A stretch of 64,000 nucleotides of DNA. Origin: a virus. This document shows positions 1-9,735 of the stretch, one piece after another. Under the pieces are notes generated by a model, which was not told the DNA's origin, did no database searches, and saw only the letters and a list, made by a program, of their open reading frames with translations. The stretch lies in the IMG/VR virus record IMGVR_UViG_3300028844_008248; one strand, written 5' to 3'. Both the position numbers and the translations under genes were made by a program. How positions within the stretch are numbered: the stretch's first letter is position 1; each line of letters opens with the position of its first letter.

Positions 1-634
1 TAATAACAACTGGATTTCCATCTATGTCGGTAGCCGTAGCGGTTTCCCCGGCATCAAAGGTTCCAAACACATGTACCAACTGGAATTGTGTTTGACCTGT
101 TCCTACTTTGATGACTAAATCAATTACCGCCGTTGCGCCTGTTGTGTTACCTGTAAGTAATCTACCTTGAATCGTTCTATATACATCTTGGAAATCTGAT
201 GTTTGTATGAAGATAGGTCTTGTCCATTTACCATCAGATGTTCTTAGAATTTCTAGTGATGGATATCTGAAACTAACTTCATCATCAAATAGAATTCTAA
301 ATAGATATTGTAATGACTCTTCTGATCCTCGTGTTCTATAAAAACTTCTTATATTCTTAATAAGAAATTCTTTATCAACTAATACTGTGTCAGGAATATC
401 TATAGCAAATTGTGTATTGAAGAATCGTTGAACACCAACTATAGTTTTGTCAATATCTTTGTATTGTAATAGATTTCCAATTACTTCATAAGCTTCTCCC
501 TGTTGTTCAAGGAATTCATAATACTTTTCCATGAACACAATAAACTCTGGATGATTTGTGTTTACAAAATCTGGAAGTCTAGATGCAACTTGTAGGGATA
601 TTTTTTCAGTAAGTGGGCTATGTATTGGTGCCAT
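1..634 (-). CDS. Baseplate wedge protein, gp7/gpI-like (partial; N-terminal 211 aa in window, C-terminus beyond window start)
   Basis: Minus-strand ORF starting ATG at 632-634 immediately downstream of gp6-like gene; position after Baseplate_J gene as in T4 (6-7) and P2 (J-I); translation MAPIHSPLTEKISLQ... continuous to window edge. Confidence 0.35.
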   Translation of the reverse strand, partial: MAPIHSPLTEKISLQVASRLPDFVNTNHPEFIVFMEKYYEFLEQQGEAYEVIGNLLQYKDIDKTIVGVQRFFNTQFAIDIPDTVLVDKEFLIKNIRSFYRTRGSEESLQYLFRILFDDEVSFRYPSLEILRTSDGKWTRPIFIQTSDFQDVYRTIQGRLLTGNTTGATAVIDLVIKVGTGQTQFQLVHVFGTFDAGETATATDIDGNPVVI

Positions 635-636
635 GT

Positions 637-2415
637 TTATTTAATATCTTTAGTTAGGGTAAGTGTTAAACTATTTGCATCTGAAGAATCTATTGTGAAA
701 ATCTGTTCACGAATTGCTTCTAAATTATTATTAGCAGGAGTCACAATAATTTTCATGACACCTCCTGCCGGGACTGATTCGAATGCCACATTAGTAATAA
801 TCACTGTTCCAGTTGCGTAGTCAATAGTCCCGGCAGTTTCTGATAAAATTACTTTCGATCCACTAACAGTTCGATAACATCTTACAATACCATCTAGATC
901 ATCCATGAATACATCGGAGAACCCACCAATACCATGTTGGGAAGATATCAATGTTCCGGGTGTTATGATATTATTAAACTCTAGAGTGAATGTTCCCGCA
1001 ACGTTTAATGTTGGTTGAAATCTTTTCTCTATTGTTATTGATGTATCGTTATTTATTATTGATGTATTGGAATCGTCTATACGTTTAGTAAGAATAGTAT
1101 ATCTAAATGACTCTTCAAATATATTTAGATCGTCTGCAAAATAATCTGTTATCGCATCTGATATTTGTGTTTGTAATTCTCCTAATGTATTTGTCAATGT
1201 TACTTCGTTGTAAAACACTTCACTGATAATGTTTATATAAGTGAATTCTGGATCAACAAATATAGGTAGTATTGAAGTCACGTTTAAATTATCTAGGAAT
1301 GTAACCATAGATGCTTTATCAAAATCAGAAAATGTTATTTGTCCTAATGGCTTTGCCGCAATGAATACCCTTCCAAATTGTGGTGGAACTTCTGTTTCTC
1401 CCCCCCAAACTGTTATTGATTCTATATCTGATCTTTCATTTAGTAATAAGTTTTTATAATCAGAAGAAGTTACGGCTCTACCCTGTGTTGAAAATAATTT
1501 TGGAGCTAAGAACTTAACAGATTCATCAGATTCTATATCAGCACCACCGGATGCAGATGTATTTGTTGTAATAGTGAATGATGTTTCTCCAGCTACGCTA
1601 CCAATAGCAGTAAATATATTTGCCCCATTGGATAGTGGTCCGTCAGTAACCAGATATTCTACTTTTAAAATGTTGCCATCTCTTAATGACTTACCAACAA
1701 TATCGTTACCAAATGTTAATTCATATCTTAAATCCTCTACCTCTTGAACCCAATAGACTTTATCGGTTGCAGAAATATTTGTTGATGTAGTTGCTTTTGT
1801 CCATGCTTCTGTGAATGTATCGGTAGAAGAGTTTTGAACAGTGACTACAAAGTTTGATAGATCAACATTTGCGTTTGGTATTACAAATCTTTGTGTTGGG
1901 TCTGATAAATCTACTGTGAAATTAAAATTTAACAATGACCCCTGTTTGATTGGAACAGCAACCGCATCGTAATTGCCACCAGACTCAAGAACAGTAAATG
2001 ATTCAGTTGTTACATATTTAAAAATAGCCCCATCGATTGTTGTATTGAATACTGTGTTCTTATCTATAAGGATAGATGGAGGCAATCCAGTAACCGCCGG
2101 GAAATTTATATCAACAGTGGCGGTTGGTGCATTTATAGACGATGGAGTATAGTTAAGATGTTTAGCGATTGATACAATAGAATCACGAACTACAGCCGAA
2201 TCTATAAATGATTCGTTTGCTAATAGGTTAGCATAGAAAGCTATATAATGTGTGTTGTAGGCAAGTACGTTTAATAATACTTGCATACCAGACCCATCAA
2301 AGTCATAGTCTGTGAATTCGTCTTGTGTTTGTAAAAAAGCTTTTAGATTTTGTTTGATATTATCAAAATCTGTATCAACTATATTTAATTTATCCGATGG
2401 TGTTATGTGTGCCAT
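637..2415 (-). CDS. gp6: Baseplate wedge subunit, Baseplate_J family (T4 gp6 / P2 gpJ-like), 592 aa
   Basis: Size and N-terminal sequence pattern typical of Baseplate_J; immediately downstream of gp25/W-like gene as in W-J-I baseplate cassettes. Confidence 0.7.
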   Translation of the reverse strand: MAHITPSDKLNIVDTDFDNIKQNLKAFLQTQDEFTDYDFDGSGMQVLLNVLAYNTHYIAFYANLLANESFIDSAVVRDSIVSIAKHLNYTPSSINAPTATVDINFPAVTGLPPSILIDKNTVFNTTIDGAIFKYVTTESFTVLESGGNYDAVAVPIKQGSLLNFNFTVDLSDPTQRFVIPNANVDLSNFVVTVQNSSTDTFTEAWTKATTSTNISATDKVYWVQEVEDLRYELTFGNDIVGKSLRDGNILKVEYLVTDGPLSNGANIFTAIGSVAGETSFTITTNTSASGGADIESDESVKFLAPKLFSTQGRAVTSSDYKNLLLNERSDIESITVWGGETEVPPQFGRVFIAAKPLGQITFSDFDKASMVTFLDNLNVTSILPIFVDPEFTYINIISEVFYNEVTLTNTLGELQTQISDAITDYFADDLNIFEESFRYTILTKRIDDSNTSIINNDTSITIEKRFQPTLNVAGTFTLEFNNIITPGTLISSQHGIGGFSDVFMDDLDGIVRCYRTVSGSKVILSETAGTIDYATGTVIITNVAFESVPAGGVMKIIVTPANNNLEAIREQIFTIDSSDANSLTLTLTKDIK

Positions 2416-2694
2416 TTAGTTTACCTTGAATTTTTTTATAAACGTTTTATCAACTGATTCATATTCTACATACTCCCCCAACTCTTTGTTTATGTAATAC
2501 GATCCTTGTGGGGTATCCATTTTTATTTTGTCATACTCTGAATCTATACTAACAAACTTTAATTCGTTATTATCAAATCTTGGTAACAATCCTATCGCCA
2601 ATGATTTTACGTTGTAGTCCATATTGTCAAATAATCTAATCTTGTCTTCAACATCTTTTTTTGTGTTATTCTCATTCATATGTATAAGTAACAT
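2416..2694 (-). CDS. Small baseplate-cassette protein, 92 aa, hypothetical
   Basis: Tightly packed between gp25-like and gp6-like genes, start overlaps upstream stop. Confidence 0.45.
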   Translation of the reverse strand: MLLIHMNENNTKKDVEDKIRLFDNMDYNVKSLAIGLLPRFDNNELKFVSIDSEYDKIKMDTPQGSYYINKELGEYVEYESVDKTFIKKFKVN

Positions 2695-3092
2695 TATCGA
2701 ATCCTTTGTAAGTTAATATCCAATGTTTCTGGTTTTGGTGAATTGTTTATAGTAAATACCAAAGAGACTTCTAATGTATGTGTATCAGGAACTTCATTAA
2801 TAAACACATCGAGTATTTGTACTCTTGGTTCAAAGTTTTCTATCAGAACCCCTATCTCGTTTTGTATTGCGAATCTAACTACATCACTAAAATTCTCGAA
2901 CAATAGAGCATGTATAGTTGATCCTATTTGTGGTTCAAATGGAAATTCATAATGAGATGTAGCTATCAAATTTGAAAGACTTTGTTTGATCGCATTTACA
3001 TCGGTCTTCTTTACAACATCACCAGTAACGGGATGTGGTTGAAAATTCAAATCGATATCTTTATATGTTCTGTTTAGTTTTGATCCTGCCAT
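2694..3092 (-). CDS. gp25: Baseplate wedge protein gp25 / GPW family (lysozyme-like fold), 132 aa
   Basis: 132 aa exactly as T4 gp25; sequence pattern of GPW family (…EFPFEPQIGSTIHALLFE…); context in baseplate operon. Confidence 0.8.
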   Translation of the reverse strand: MAGSKLNRTYKDIDLNFQPHPVTGDVVKKTDVNAIKQSLSNLIATSHYEFPFEPQIGSTIHALLFENFSDVVRFAIQNEIGVLIENFEPRVQILDVFINEVPDTHTLEVSLVFTINNSPKPETLDINLQRIR

Positions 3093-3974
3093 TTATAATA
3101 ATCCAGCTAATGTTTTTAATGCTGTGGATGATACACAATTTAACAATGGTAGTTTGAATGGATTATTTATCCAACCCACTACAGCGTTTGCGTTTATACA
3201 TGCTAATAATTCTGTAGCTAATGCGGTATATGTATTTTCATCATTATCTATCAATGCTTGAACAGCCGTTATTCCAGTATCTATTGTTGTGCCGTCTAAA
3301 CATGTTAAGTTTTGTATATCCGCTATGATGCTTGCTTTGTCGGCTCCCGGCGTTCCACTGGATATTCTGTTTTGCACATCCATTGCAATTACAGACCCAA
3401 CAGGAAGTTTATCAGTTTCTACTTTTATTGCTGATAATATATCCCCACCATCATAGAGACCGCTAAACATATTTTCTGTTTCTGCCACTATTGGTTTGTT
3501 GAATTGTTTTCGTGTGATGTTTACAGCATCTTCTACACCAGACCTAGAAAATATATTTGGGGTTATGCCACTAGTAAGGTCAACTCCTGATAATACGTCA
3601 GTATGGCCTTGAAAATCTGTTCCCAATTTTACTGACAAATTTGTCTGAGAAGTCTTTCTAGCATTCGCACAAGTTTCTTTTGCTTCCATCTCGGTTTTAA
3701 TATCAGTCATATCTTGTGATGACCAAATACCCGGCGGCGCACCTTCCCATGTTGTTAATTGGGAGATATCACTTCCCAGATCAGCCAATTCAGTTGTTAT
3801 GATCGCACTAGATGTATTGATAGAAGCAATTCCATCTGAAATATCAGATGATAGGGGGTTTACAAAAGCACCACCCTGTTCTATAAGTTTACATACATCT
3901 ATGTTTAGTTCATCTAAATTTAATATCCCAGATAAATCTGGAAGTAATCCAGCAGGAAATTCACATCCAGCCAT
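3093..3974 (-). CDS. Baseplate/tail structural protein, 293 aa, hypothetical
   Basis: Long ORF in operon continuity with baseplate genes, Ser/Thr/Gly-rich like virion proteins. Confidence 0.5.
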   Translation of the reverse strand: MAGCEFPAGLLPDLSGILNLDELNIDVCKLIEQGGAFVNPLSSDISDGIASINTSSAIITTELADLGSDISQLTTWEGAPPGIWSSQDMTDIKTEMEAKETCANARKTSQTNLSVKLGTDFQGHTDVLSGVDLTSGITPNIFSRSGVEDAVNITRKQFNKPIVAETENMFSGLYDGGDILSAIKVETDKLPVGSVIAMDVQNRISSGTPGADKASIIADIQNLTCLDGTTIDTGITAVQALIDNDENTYTALATELLACINANAVVGWINNPFKLPLLNCVSSTALKTLAGLL

Positions 3975-4219
3975 TACACACCTCCAAAATATTGTATGTC
4001 ATATTGTCGCCACGAATCATAGGTTCCATCTAACACTCGATACATCCCAGCCCGTGATACAGAATTTTCTCTACAAAATTTTCTTAAATTATTAGTTACT
4101 GTCATATAACCATTGGGGAGTGTAATCATATACGATGCTTTCTTTCCCGGTATACCAGCATTCGGAGATGACTTGCTTCCCTTTGGTCTTCCTTGATTAT
4201 ATTTTCTTCTATCTACCAT
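3974..4219 (-). CDS. Small basic protein with AT-hook-like GRPKGSK motif (possible DNA-binding; possible homing-endonuclease remnant), 81 aa
   Basis: GRPKGSK motif, basic; sits between PAAR and structural genes. Confidence 0.35.
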   Translation of the reverse strand: MVDRRKYNQGRPKGSKSSPNAGIPGKKASYMITLPNGYMTVTNNLRKFCRENSVSRAGMYRVLDGTYDSWRQYDIQYFGGV

Positions 4220-4220
4220 G

Positions 4221-4505
4221 TTACCCTATAAAAACGTTTGAACTTCCGGTTACTCTTTTATGACTACACGAATCATTATCGTTTACTCTTACTGCTGGAA
4301 TACCACTAATAAAAACTGTTGATGATCCAGTTACCACCGTAGCTACACAGTGAGTTGGTGGTATTGGGCATGATACGTGTGGAGTTATTGCAGACCCAAC
4401 TACACTAGCCAATTGTCCATTTATAAGAACCGTTGATTGAAGAGTTGTTATGATCGCACCACCGCCATCATTGGTGTCTCCCATTCGAACTGCAAGCATT
4501 CCCAT
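4221..4505 (-). CDS. PAAR-repeat spike-tip protein (T4 gp5.4-like), 94 aa
   Basis: Gly/Thr/Val-rich PAAR-like sequence MGMLAVRMGDTNDGGGAIITT…; follows gp5-like spike gene. Confidence 0.75.
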   Translation of the reverse strand: MGMLAVRMGDTNDGGGAIITTLQSTVLINGQLASVVGSAITPHVSCPIPPTHCVATVVTGSSTVFISGIPAVRVNDNDSCSHKRVTGSSNVFIG

Positions 4506-4633
4506 GTTTGTTACCTTTATATTTTATTAATGCGTATTTATTGTTGATTAAATTTTCTTGGTATTCTTGATTCTGTTTGGTTATTATAAAACTGCCATAA
4601 TGTCTCTGGTATTCATTTCCAATGAATGCTAAT

Positions 4634-4864
4634 TTAATGGCTTCCTTTGGTATCTTCATTAGACTTCTCTTCATCCTTTAATCGTAATTGTTCTGATAGT
4701 TCTTCCACTGTCATTCCACTGTTAGATACATATCCATTATGTAATAGAAATATAGCATCTGCATAGTAATTGCCAGATGGCTCTTTTGATTTGTATGTTT
4801 TGCTAGATATTACATCATGATCTGTTATCATAGGATGTAAGTAATGATCGTTTTCTTCTGTCAT
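4634..4864 (-). CDS. Hypothetical small protein, 76 aa
   Basis: ORF between spike and PAAR genes, same strand. Confidence 0.3.
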   Translation of the reverse strand: MTEENDHYLHPMITDHDVISSKTYKSKEPSGNYYADAIFLLHNGYVSNSGMTVEELSEQLRLKDEEKSNEDTKGSH

Positions 4865-4877
4865 ATTATTTATATGA

Positions 4878-5834
4878 CTAATTGATAGTCACAATTTCTC
4901 CTTTTAATATTAATAATCCACCACCATCTATCGTTGCCTGTTCGGTTGCTCTTACGTTGATATTTGGTGCTGATACATCCATATCTCCTATCGAAGTTAT
5001 TGTTGTTCCCCCAAGTACTGTTATAGTTGAATTCCCTTTGACTAATACACTGGACCCACCATCTATAGTAACGTCAGAATCCCCATTGACAACTACCGAT
5101 TCGTTTCCAGTGAGAATGGTATTGAAATTTCCATCCACGTATAAATTTTTATCTGATACAATTATTTCCCAATCTGTTCCCACTATCTTTGTAATCCGTT
5201 CTCCCGATGGTCCTATCTCTTCATATGTACCCGACTTGTGATATGTATGAAGTCTTTCCGCACCTTCTGTATCATCAACTTCTATAACATGACCGCCTTC
5301 TGTTTGCCATACGTGATTGTTTGGATATGTACCTGCATATGTTGGTTTTGGTTCTTCAAACCTATTTTTTTTATCAGTAGTAGCATTTTCTAATTTATCA
5401 ACAAGTATGGTGTCAAGCTTATTTATTTCTTTTCCCGAAACTTCCTCGAATGTATCAGTATCAATAATACCCTTTGACCGGGCCAGTCTTGGTGTATCGG
5501 ATTCCCCCGTACTTGTATTTATACCACCAATAGTTCCCATGATAATAGGCTCTTGGCAAGATTCAGCACCATCAGAAAAGAAACCTACAACATTAGTTCC
5601 TATGTTAGCTCCCGTTGGTGAACGACCAACACCATCCAATGATTGAGTTGTTATAGGTTGTATGACGTGCGCCCAAGGTAAGTCTTCGGTTGGAACCAAA
5701 CTCTTTGACTCATTATGGTATCCATTTATACGAACCCGCAACCGTCCTATTTCAAGAGGATCATCCCGATCTTCGACTACACCAGTGAACCATGCCATTT
5801 GTGGGTATAATGCTTCAGTACTCATTACGTCCAA
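4878..5834 (-). CDS. gp5: Baseplate central spike protein (gp5 N-terminal OB-fold plus C-terminal beta-helix; no lysozyme domain), 318 aa
   Basis: N-terminal WFTGVVEDRDDPLEIGRLRVRI… OB-fold signature of gp5/VgrG/gpV; C-terminal repetitive V/T/G-rich beta-helix (…VTIDGGSSVLVKGNSTITVLGGTTITSIGD…). Confidence 0.6.
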   Translation of the reverse strand: MDVMSTEALYPQMAWFTGVVEDRDDPLEIGRLRVRINGYHNESKSLVPTEDLPWAHVIQPITTQSLDGVGRSPTGANIGTNVVGFFSDGAESCQEPIIMGTIGGINTSTGESDTPRLARSKGIIDTDTFEEVSGKEINKLDTILVDKLENATTDKKNRFEEPKPTYAGTYPNNHVWQTEGGHVIEVDDTEGAERLHTYHKSGTYEEIGPSGERITKIVGTDWEIIVSDKNLYVDGNFNTILTGNESVVVNGDSDVTIDGGSSVLVKGNSTITVLGGTTITSIGDMDVSAPNINVRATEQATIDGGGLLILKGEIVTIN

Positions 5835-7168
5835 TTCCTTCTAGGTGAATTTGATTTAGCACTAACAACATTATCAACAGTGACGGTAAATGGTGTTTGT
5901 GTATATGAATCTTTAATTATAGTTAATACTGTTACATAGGATGTTATCTCTACCTTATGTCTTACTGTCAATACTAAAAAGTTTCCCGACAATATTTCAT
6001 CAACTGAATCAGATACTGATGGATCAATTTGTGGTTCGTTGTTTGGTAAAGAAAATTCCACAACATCACCAACAGCTATTGTAGTATTCCCCGGTAAATG
6101 TACTTGAATTTTTATATTATTAGTTTCTTGTAATCGTGATACCCGCCTTTGTATAACATCTGGCTCTGGAGATAATATAGGGGTAGTTGTTGCATCATTA
6201 ACTTTACTCGATGCACATATAAAAAATAGTTTATGTGGGTCAACCGTTGATGGATTAAATTGTGCATTGAATAATCTACCATCTTCTAAATGTGAAAGCT
6301 TCCCATCGAATGTATAATCATATGTAAACGAATTAGTGTCAACCGTTTTCAATGTTAAATTATGTGTCAATAATTTTGAGTGTAACATCCCTCTACTAGA
6401 ATTATTTAGAGAGTTATACATGGAATCAAACTTGTATGTTGTTATTGAATTTTTACCAGATAGCTCGTTAGCATCTGTATTCAATGGTTCGTACACTAAC
6501 AAATGTTTTGGTTTTTGTGTAGCCAGTGATTCAATGGGTTTGAAATGATACCCTCTTGCATTTTCATAAAACTTATAACCAACCCCTTCATGTTGTTCGT
6601 TAGACTTCGCTCTAGATGCTAACCAATTGATACCATCAAAGGGTGTCCAGTGTGAAGGGAATATAACATTGACTCCGTTAGAACATTCCTCTGATTCAAA
6701 ACTGGTAGTTGAATCAAGGTATGTATCAAATATATTAGTTGCTATTTTATTTGGTTGTTTATCCTTGTTCGATACATACGATCTATTTATTTTTGTATGT
6801 AGGTCCGTAAATCGTTCTGGAGTTATCCCGTGTAAAACATACGCCTGTGTTTTGTCTTTGTAATTATGTCTATTCGATACATTGTATATAGTAAACACCA
6901 TATCAATATCATCGGTTGATGATGAAAATGAATCTACTAAGGGTGAGTTTATTATTACATGTATTTGAGTTTCACCACCAATGATAGGGACATTTTTAAA
7001 TAAATTCAATGAGTCTATAATAGAAACATCAAACGTCATTGAGTTTTCTACCAGCGATTCATATATATTAAATTCAAGGAATAATTTTGTTATGTCTACT
7101 GTTTCATTAGAGCCAATTATTTCTAATACTCCCAAATGATATTCGTGTGCTGATCTTCCAAAGGACAT
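5825..7168 (-). CDS. Baseplate hub protein (gp27 / gpD-like), 447 aa
   Basis: Immediately upstream of spike gene with overlapping start/stop, size class of hub proteins; assignment by synteny only. Confidence 0.4.
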   Translation of the reverse strand: MSFGRSAHEYHLGVLEIIGSNETVDITKLFLEFNIYESLVENSMTFDVSIIDSLNLFKNVPIIGGETQIHVIINSPLVDSFSSSTDDIDMVFTIYNVSNRHNYKDKTQAYVLHGITPERFTDLHTKINRSYVSNKDKQPNKIATNIFDTYLDSTTSFESEECSNGVNVIFPSHWTPFDGINWLASRAKSNEQHEGVGYKFYENARGYHFKPIESLATQKPKHLLVYEPLNTDANELSGKNSITTYKFDSMYNSLNNSSRGMLHSKLLTHNLTLKTVDTNSFTYDYTFDGKLSHLEDGRLFNAQFNPSTVDPHKLFFICASSKVNDATTTPILSPEPDVIQRRVSRLQETNNIKIQVHLPGNTTIAVGDVVEFSLPNNEPQIDPSVSDSVDEILSGNFLVLTVRHKVEITSYVTVLTIIKDSYTQTPFTVTVDNVVSAKSNSPRRNWT

Positions 7169-7170
7169 TG

Positions 7171-7674
7171 TTACCTACCTATAAGAGTTCTAAACTCTTT
7201 TACAAAATCAGTTATAAATTCAGGCTTGAGTATTTTTATAGACCTCTTAGCATCATTGAGTGTTGTTTCGTGTTCTAAATTTGTTATAGGATTCGCACCA
7301 ACTTCAGTAGAGTTTACTTGAAAGCCATCATCATTTTCATAGTGATGGATATCTGACAGACTTCCATATTTACTATTTACAAACTTTATTAACTCTTGTT
7401 GTGACATAGGAAAGCCAAAGAATGGGTTCAATGTTTTATTGATTAATATTATCACCCAATGTAATTGAGAGTCGCCATAGAATCTATGAGCAATTATATC
7501 AACCCTATCAACATCTTCCCATTCATATTTTTCATATATAACTTTATTGTCTAATGTATTAGAATGAACACGTATTCGTTTAAGAATATCTGTTACTAAT
7601 TTTTCTTCTCCGCTTCCGGTAACATCATATTGCAATGTTGGGAATTGAGCAAAAAATCTATTTGAAAATCCCAT
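7171..7674 (-). CDS. Baseplate-associated protein, 167 aa, hypothetical
   Basis: Operon position between putative tail-tube-junction and hub genes. Confidence 0.4.
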   Translation of the reverse strand: MGFSNRFFAQFPTLQYDVTGSGEEKLVTDILKRIRVHSNTLDNKVIYEKYEWEDVDRVDIIAHRFYGDSQLHWVIILINKTLNPFFGFPMSQQELIKFVNSKYGSLSDIHHYENDDGFQVNSTEVGANPITNLEHETTLNDAKRSIKILKPEFITDFVKEFRTLIGR

Positions 7675-8712
7675 TTAAAATCCCTCGTTAATTCTTGATT
7701 TAGTCATGATTTCGACCTCTGAAAATGAAACACTCAATTCTACATCCACTGGCGCACCAGAATTAAATGCAGACCACAACCCGGACGATGTATAATTGAC
7801 AGTAACATCAGTACAAACGCATTGAGATATTTTAGGTAAAAACTGATTGTCCTTTACTGTTCCGTTGCTATCGTTTTTGTGTAAAAATTGTATTTGAAAT
7901 TCAGAAGGATACACTAAGAAATTTTGTGTTGAATCTCGTGTTAAGTCTGGTGCCGCATGAAACTTAAAAAGTTTTATGATGTTGGCGATTCTAATAACTT
8001 CCGATTCGCTTCTAGGACTTATCTTCCATGCAAAGGTAAATTTTCTAAAATCTGTTCCTTGAAATCTAACTTCGGCGTGTGGGTTTAATATAAATCTATT
8101 TGAGGTTTCGTTTACAACATCACCATTAGCACCTGTAGACGATACCGCTAAGTTTGCCAATTTAGATAATAATGTTGTTCCTATGTTACCACCAACTCCA
8201 GAACCTAAATCAGTTCTTTTTAATAAGTCTGTAATCGATCCTATTGGATCGTTCACGTTAATACCTCCACGAATAGCACCACCAACAAACCCCAACTCTG
8301 CATTATCCCATCCAACAGTATTATTAATACTCAATGCACTAGGCATAGGTAATACAATATCAGTAGACACCGTAAATTGTTTATTTCGTCTGTTAATCTT
8401 AGTTGGTCTTTCTCCTTGAAGTGTCTTAGGAGCAACTTGTGATTTAAACACATTTGGATTTCGTTGTTGTATAGTCTGATTAGATTTTGTTATAGGATCA
8501 TAATCTACTTCGCTTATCGTATTTATATTTGTGTTCTCGAATTCAACTATACCAAACCGCATCCAATCTTTATATTCTTCCTTTGATATATCTTCTGGAA
8601 ATGTATATATGGGATGTTCTCGATATTTAGCTGTAGTTTTAACACCTTCCAAACTCACTGGAGTTTGTTGAGATGTAGACTGGTCTGGTTTTATATCTTT
8701 AAATTCTGGCAT
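7675..8712 (-). CDS. Baseplate/tail tube initiator-like structural protein (gp48/gp54-like?), 345 aa
   Basis: First gene after late promoter TATAAATA (minus strand, 8759-8766); structural-type composition. Confidence 0.4.
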   Translation of the reverse strand: MPEFKDIKPDQSTSQQTPVSLEGVKTTAKYREHPIYTFPEDISKEEYKDWMRFGIVEFENTNINTISEVDYDPITKSNQTIQQRNPNVFKSQVAPKTLQGERPTKINRRNKQFTVSTDIVLPMPSALSINNTVGWDNAELGFVGGAIRGGINVNDPIGSITDLLKRTDLGSGVGGNIGTTLLSKLANLAVSSTGANGDVVNETSNRFILNPHAEVRFQGTDFRKFTFAWKISPRSESEVIRIANIIKLFKFHAAPDLTRDSTQNFLVYPSEFQIQFLHKNDSNGTVKDNQFLPKISQCVCTDVTVNYTSSGLWSAFNSGAPVDVELSVSFSEVEIMTKSRINEGF

Positions 8713-8758
8713 ATGTATTCGATTCTCTGGTATATAAATAGTATTATGGCTTGTATAT

Positions 8759-8766
8759 TATTTATA
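8759..8766 (-). promoter_or_regulatory. T4-type late promoter TATAAATA (minus strand) for baseplate operon
   Basis: Plus-strand tatttata = TATAAATA on minus strand, about 47 nt upstream of ORF start at 8712. Confidence 0.5.
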
Positions 8767-8800
8767 TGCACATTTAGAACATTTCTATAATATTTGAAAT

Positions 8801-8845
8801 GAAAGTTAAGTGTTACTTAGCACCCGTAACTTTCACTTTTTAAAC
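8801..8845. terminator. Conserved hairpin GAAAGTTA-N18-TAACTTTC followed by T-run (member 1 of 3 of a recurring hairpin)
   Basis: gaaagttaagtgttacttagcacccgtaactttcactttttaaac; same arm sequence recurs at 18013-18036 and 19549-19578. Confidence 0.4.
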
Positions 8846-8865
8846 AACTGTGTTATGTGTGCTAC

Positions 8866-8985
8866 TAGTTACTACTAGTAACCACTAGTTAGTATAAATA
8901 CCACACTATATAACACTACTATTGTAGAGTTATATTAGTAGTTATTTCTAGTAGTTACTAGTAGTAACTAGTAGTTAGATGTAGG
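8866..8985. repeat. Two clusters of 10-bp ACTAGT-containing direct/inverted repeats (ctactagtta x3 ; ctagtagtta x3) flanking a TATAAATA box (8893-8900, plus strand)
   Basis: Read directly: tactagttactactagtaaccactagttagTATAAATAcc … ttctagtagttactagtagtaactagtagttag. Confidence 0.7.
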
Positions 8986-9033
8986 TTTGTATTATAAAAG
9001 TGTTATTTATTAATTATAACTTTCGTTAGGACT

Positions 9034-9534
9034 ATGAAAAAGAAAAAGAGCAAATATCATCAAGGAAAATTTACTCCAAAGAATCCAGATAAGTATATGG
9101 GAGATGTTAATAATATTATATATAGGTCTGGTTGGGAATTGCGGTATATGAGATTTTTAGACTCTTCTAGCTCTATTAAGAAATGGTGTTCGGAACCATT
9201 CTATATTCCATACATATCCGAAGTGGATGACTGTAAGCACAGATACTTCCCAGATTTCTTGGTATACACAAGAGAGGGGCATGGATATATAGTGGAAGTA
9301 AAGCCGTTGAGAGAGACTAAACCACCACGTAAGACATCAAGGAAGGATACTTACCTAGAAGAACGAAAGCGAAGGTATAGAGAAACGAAACGTTGGGTTA
9401 CATGGAGAACAAATAAATCTAAGTGGGGAGCGGCTGAAGCATTTTGTCAGAGGAATGGATTGCAGTTTAAATTGGTAACAGAGAAATCATTGGGCATCGA
9501 TGGGAAAACATATAAAAAAAAGAAAAGACTTTAA
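9034..9534 (+). CDS. PD-(D/E)xK superfamily nuclease (TnsA/Hjc-like endonuclease fold), 166 aa
   Basis: Motif …RYFPDFLVYTREGHGYIVEVKP… (PD…EVK); only plus-strand gene in a minus-strand region, preceded by late promoter box and followed by hairpin terminator. Confidence 0.5.
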   Translation: MKKKKSKYHQGKFTPKNPDKYMGDVNNIIYRSGWELRYMRFLDSSSSIKKWCSEPFYIPYISEVDDCKHRYFPDFLVYTREGHGYIVEVKPLRETKPPRKTSRKDTYLEERKRRYRETKRWVTWRTNKSKWGAAEAFCQRNGLQFKLVTEKSLGIDGKTYKKKKRL

Positions 9535-9567
9535 CCATTGGTTGCGACTCCGGTTAAAGTCTTTTCG
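9526..9567 (+). terminator. Rho-independent terminator (gactttaacc…ggttaaagtc + TTTTCG)
   Basis: 10-bp perfect inverted repeat followed by T-run directly after stop of 9034..9534. Confidence 0.6.
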
Positions 9568-9735
9568 TTGATCTTTCTATCATTTTAATTATCCATTTTT
9601 CGCCTCTTATGGTGTTCCTGTTCCGCAACATTAGATTATCTAATGAAGGTTACTGGCATCTGAGTTTACATGGCTTCCTCCAATTGATTAATAAGTTTTA
9701 AAGGTTATTAAAATTCATTGTTAAAACTAATACTA

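Noticed and set aside
620-2952. Plus-strand ORFs 620..820, 1241..1459 and 2743..2952 inside minus-strand baseplate genes
   Set aside because: They are antisense to long, well-supported structural genes, have low-complexity translations and no SD; they are frame shadows
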